A model generated the notes under the pieces. That model saw only the letters and a list, made by a program, of their open reading frames with translations, was not told where the DNA came from and made no database searches. 64,000 nt of DNA, taken from the NCBI RefSeq assembly GCF_036321535.1, contig NC_087443.1:67766001-67830000 (forward strand), written 5' to 3'. Shown in pieces: positions 59,441-64,000 of this stretch. The position numbers were made by a program, and so were the translations under genes. The DNA is from Camelus dromedarius (taxonomy: Eukaryota). The first letter of the stretch is position 1. Each line of letters begins with the position of its first letter.

Positions 59441-62400
59441 NNNNNNNNNNNNNNNNNNNNNNNNNNNNNNNNNNNNNNNNNNNNNNNNNNNNNGCCGCCC
59501 TCCCGGCCCTGCATGCGGCCCCTGCCCTGCCCCCTCCCTCCTCCTCGCTTGCCCTCCCCCTCCCCGCCTCCTCCCCTCCCCGCCTCCCCTCCCCCGCTCG
59601 TGGCCCAGGCAGCCCGAAACTCTCCAAACTTTTCTGCCTTTTGTGGACTGGATTTGTTTGCACTTCGCCATGTTCTTGCTTTCAGTTTGTTGCCTCGTGA
59701 TGTTGGGGAGACCTTTCTTTCCAAGCAGGGCTTTGTTGGCGGGGGGGGAAGTCAGAAGAACTTTTTTTTGCGCTCTGATTCCCCCCGCCCCCTTTGGTGG
59801 TGGTGTTTGTTTCTTCACCCTGGGAAGATGACTGTGTGGCTCTTTCTTTTCTCCCTCTCCCTTCCTTCCCTCTTGTGGCGTCTTGGGCTTTCCCCGGTTA
59901 ACCCCTTGGCTGCTGCTGCCGGGGACTGAGTGACTGGGCTGCGCCCGAGGCGCGGGGTAGGGAGTGGATTGTCCTCCGGGCGTTGGACTTGGGAACTGGC
60001 GGGCGCGCGGAGCCCGGGGCCTTGGAGAAGCGCCTCAGCTTTCTCTTTCGGCTGGTTATTTGTTTAGCTTTCTAGTGGCGATGACTGGCTCTCAGCCCTC
60101 CTCGCCTTTTCCCCTGGAAGGTCACGCTTCCCAGACTGGTCCCACTGCAAACTTGGGGGCTCTGGGCTTCCTTTTCTGGGGCAACCCCACAGGGCCGCGA
60201 GCGCCCTGGGGCGCGGTGGCGGGCTCGGCTGCCCGGCGCGCTGGCTGCGGGCTCTCCCGGCCCGCGCGGGGTGGAGAGGCCCCCGTGGCCGCTGTTCTTG
60301 GTTTGTGTGCAGCCAGGATGGCCTCCTCCAACCGGACTCGATGTATTTCTAGGAAATTTTGGTGCCTGGGGGTGTATCGCGGGGTCTGCGCTCGCCAGCT
60401 TCCGAGAAGGCCCTCGATGGGCCCTCGGGTGCCTGAGACCAGGGCGTGCGAGGCCCAAGGGTGTCCAGGGGTGAGGGAGGCCGAAGGCGCCTCTCCTTAA
60501 AGGGAGTGGGCTGTGGGCTGCAGATCGCGGGCCACCCAACTTTGGGGGCCCCAGGGCGGCACAGGGTGCAGGCTCTGGGGGGTCCCTTCCCTCAGCGGGA
60601 GTCCTGCGCCCACCCCTGATATATGTTAATAAGGCTCACCCCCTTCCCCGACCGGCCTCTGCCCCTTGCCCTTGCCCTGAACCCCCTCCCCCCATCCCAC
60701 CCTCCTCTCTAAAGCCTGGATTACGAATCTCTAAACGTTTGTGCCAGGCTTCTCGGGATTGTCATTTTACACCTTCTCTGGTTTGATTCCCCCTTCCTCT
60801 TATTTACACACGCTACTTTTTTTTTTTGTCGGTAACTCGAGATAGCAGTTTGAAATAGTGTACCCACTGTTCAGCAGCCGTGGACTCGGTGCTAATGGCC
60901 GAGGGCTTGCCGGACGGGAGTCGATCAGATCTACAAGTGTTTTTAAGCATTAAAATATTAACTATCAGGTTTGACTTGTTTTTTGGGCCCTGGCAAAAAT
61001 GGCAAGGGCATGCTAGACCGGTCATATTTTATGGCTAGGAAAGAGAAATAATTATTCCTACCCACCCCACCTCCCTCCCCTGCGCCCAGGCTTCTGCATG
61101 CTTGGGAAGCTGGGAGAGCGTTTCAGCCCGACCTCCTCTCGCTGGGCCAGCTCTTCCAGGCTGCAGGAGCCGGGCTGTGGGGTTGCAGCTGTAGGTGAAA
61201 CGTAGTCCAGTTACGTTGTATTTTTCTTGGGAGCTTGTGGGCATCTTGAGCCGGGAGTACTCGGCTCAGAATGGGAGAGTTTGTGTAATAACCAACCCGA
61301 CCAAACGACATTCCAAAGTAACCCTGAGAATTTCTTACTCCCCTCCCCTCCCCCTATGATGGAAGCCTCTCTGGTATTATTTTAAAATCCACTTAGCCAT
61401 CTGAAAGGCCATCTGAATATTGAGCTTTGATGGCAGGCTTGCTGGCCCTCTTGACTCTTTGCAAATTCCCTGGCTGTGACTGGTGGCAGTCTTGCCCTAC
61501 CTACTCTGTCCTGAAACTCCAACAGTTGTGTTGTGCTGTAATTAGGAAACAGGGAAATTGTTAAAGGCAAATAAATGATTTCCCGGTGTGAAAAGGAAGG
61601 CTCCCAACAACCCGTCCCCCTTTGTGGGCATTGTAGGAATACACAGCGTCTAGTTATTTTAATTGTGGACATAGCGGGTGGCCTGGTGCTGTGACATCAG
61701 ATTGAGTCTGAGAAGACGTTTCTGAACTCAGGAGGCAGTTTTAGTATTTGCGTCTCAAACACCAACAGGCATCTTTGTGCACCCACCCTTCCTTCTTCCT
61801 ATCGGTTACCTGTGTTAGTTTGTGTGCTCTAAAATTAAAGTTATTTATTTAAGTCGGTAAGCAGAGCAGTGGAAATGAGGATGAGAGGCTGTTTTGTGTC
61901 ACTCCTGACGTCTTCGATCAGAGGGCCGGCTTGCAATTCCAGATTTGATACAGCTGCGGAAGGAACCTATAGGCAAGATAGCAGTCTTTTCATGCTCATC
62001 TGAAATTCTTAGTGCTTCATAGAATGTTTCTGAGCGCAAGGTGTAAAGACAAATTAGCTATATGCTGTGTTCTTTTCCCTACCCTCCTTGGTGGTGGTAT
62101 TTTCTTGCTACATTTACTGTTACTTATGAGTGTACCTGTAAGCAGTCGCATCCTTTAAAAAGCAAACTCTTTGGATTCCCGATTCCTGCTTTTCTACTGA
62201 AGAACGTAAAGAATTAAGGAGTATCATTAAATGAGCTTATGATGAATAATACATTATCTCAAGAATAATGCTTTAATTGCTGAAGACGCCATAAAGCTTG
62301 ATAGTAATAATTTTATTTTAAAACGACAAAGATTTCTGCATAACATTAATGTAGTCTTTGATACAGTAATAGGACCGGCTTTTAAAAAGACAGATTCGAA

Positions 62401-64000
62401 TACAAAAAAGCATTAAGGAGAGAGGTCTGGTTAAGTAGATGGGAGGTGATAGACCCGGCAAATATTAGAATCGTGGTAACAATTGTATACTAAAGATAAG
62501 AATACTGTTACCATTTTAAAGTTGATTGGAAAAGTAGTTTTGCATTTCTTTTTCCTTCCTGCCAAATGAGAATATGGAATATGGTGGCCGAAATTCCAGT
62601 TAGGCTTGAAATTCTTTTTAAGGACTTGATTATTAGAGCTTTTGCATCTTTGATCCAAAGTTATTTGCTTTTCAGCTGACGCTATTTGCTACTAGGCTGA
62701 ACAAATAAATAAGCAGCATCTTGAATTCATTTTTGAACTTGGAATCCAGCATTTAAAGGAGACCAAGAGGGCCCTATTCATTGGGGTTTTATTTAGCTGG
62801 GCAGCAACTTCTTTTTCTGCCCGGTGAAAAATGGATGTTTTCTCCTCGCTCAAACAACATAATCCTTTCTAATACAAAAGATTTAGACCTCGGAGTGTGA
62901 AGGGTTAATGGTGGTCCTTCCCCGCTGTCCTCCCANNNNNNNNNNNNNNNNNNNNNNNNNNNNNNNNNNNNNNNNNNNNNNNNNNNNNNNNNNNNNNNNN
63001 NNNNNNNNNNNNNNNNNNNNNNNNNNNNNNNNNNNNNNNNNNNNNNNNNNNNNNNNNNNNNNNNNNNNNNNNNNNNNNNNNNNNNNNNNNNNNNNNNNNN
63101 NNNNNNNNNNNNNNNNNNNNNNNNNNNNNNNNNNNNNNNNNNNNNNNNNNNNNNNNNNNNNNNNNNNNNNNNNNNNNNNCAACAGTATTAATTCTGTGCT
63201 AATCTTTATAGGTTGGGGTTTAATGTCTGCAGTTTGGATTATGGGCTCACCATTCACCCCATAAGTCATATTTTAATGATTATACATTTAATATGCCAGC
63301 GCTTTGCAGTTTGTTGAAATGAAAGCTTTCTGAAACCCCAGAAACAAACTGTTAGGCAGTTGGGAGCCTAAAGTGTTTATCTGGAAGAAGTGTTTTTGGA
63401 AACTTTTGACTGCTGAAGGGAAGTAGCTTTCACGGATGCCCCCTATCTGATTGAGAAAAAGATTTGGAGGAAAACAATCCTTGTCCTTGCTAGGAGTTTT
63501 CTACCTTGATTTTTAATTTTGCTGATATGGATTTCATTTAGAGTCCCAGCTGGAAGCTGGTCAGCTTTCTGTTTCTTAGCAAGCTGTGAAAAAGTTACAG
63601 GAAGGTTTCCGGGGGCTGGCAGATCAAGAATGCTGTTCTGTTCGCAGCGCAGGATAACTGCAGTTCTGCACGCCATTAAAAAAATATTTGCTTTAGAAAC
63701 CCAGCATTTTAATAGTTGCACCAGAGGCTGTGCTTTTAAAGATTACAGTAGAAGTCTTTCCAGGTCTTGAATGCCTCCTCACATCCCCCGAGGTGCCTGT
63801 GTGCATGCAAAAAGTGCCTAGGGTTCTTGGTGGAGAAATGTTTGTTGCAACTTCTCTTACCCATGCACAGTGGGTAAACTACAAGGTGTCTAAGTGGATT
63901 TTGCATTTTGTCAGATGTTTCACGACAGGGGCCCCTGAATCACATTAAAAATGCACTGTAGAGAAAGGACAGCTGCAAATTTTTGTGCGGACGCGTGTTT

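Larger units (their letters stand above)
57680..60620. promoter_or_regulatory. CpG island spanning the TCF7L2 promoter and exons 1-3
   Basis: Very high GC and dense CpG in all unmasked segments, versus CpG-depleted flanks. Confidence 0.9.
58090..64000 (+). other. TCF7L2: TCF7L2 gene, 5' portion (exon 1 to intron 3); start approximate because it lies in an N run; gene continues beyond the window
   Basis: 58427-58493 (ggagaaaaagaccccaaagcagaaaaaagttcaccttggactcgtctttttcttgcattattttttt) matches my recall of the human TCF7L2 5'UTR with ~2 differences. The preceding cccgaaaggatcattgttagcc...gctgtttatttatgca...ggcatct matches the recalled proximal promoter. CpG island and spacing of the following gaps fit three closely spaced first exons. 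Confidence 0.88.

Noticed and set aside
57662-59929. Long ORFs (278-412 aa) across the CpG island
   Set aside because: Artefacts of translating through N runs in GC-rich sequence. The real TCF7L2 frame is hidden.
59494-64000. Ortholog of the type 2 diabetes variant region (rs7903146)
   Set aside because: In human it lies tens of kb further into the gene, beyond the window end.
1-64000. CRISPR array, rRNA, NUMT, prokaryotic systems
   Set aside because: Mammalian nuclear DNA. No regularly spaced repeats, rRNA or mitochondrial sequence seen.

Overview
Mammalian genomic DNA, most likely from a camelid: it carries six copies of a tRNA-Ala(AGC)-derived SINE of the Vic-1 type and a young L1 3' end typical of that lineage. 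The first ~57 kb is intergenic and dense in repeats (MIR, L2, L1M, ERVL/MaLR solo LTRs, hAT and Tigger MERs), with no supportable protein-coding exon. A CpG island at ~57.7-60.6 kb is the promoter and 5' end of TCF7L2 on the + strand. I recognised it from the visible 5'UTR segment at 58427-58493 and the promoter segment before it. Coding exons 1-3 all fall inside N runs and are inferred from spacing and flanks, not read. The window ends in the long intron that follows. The most unusual observation is a ~240-bp inverted copy (44077-44316) of unique sequence from ~1.6 kb upstream of the TCF7L2 promoter (56346-56588). It sits inside an ancient L1 with an 11-bp target-site duplication and no poly(A). 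Other notable items are a multi-level transposon nest at 39-45 kb, two unexplained inserts inside MLT1 LTRs at 36.6-37.1 kb, and a non-random pattern of N-run sizes and positions that suggests masking of conserved sequence. Repeat subfamily names come from recall of consensus sequences, not a search, and repeat boundaries are approximate. I found no evidence of a novel multi-gene system.
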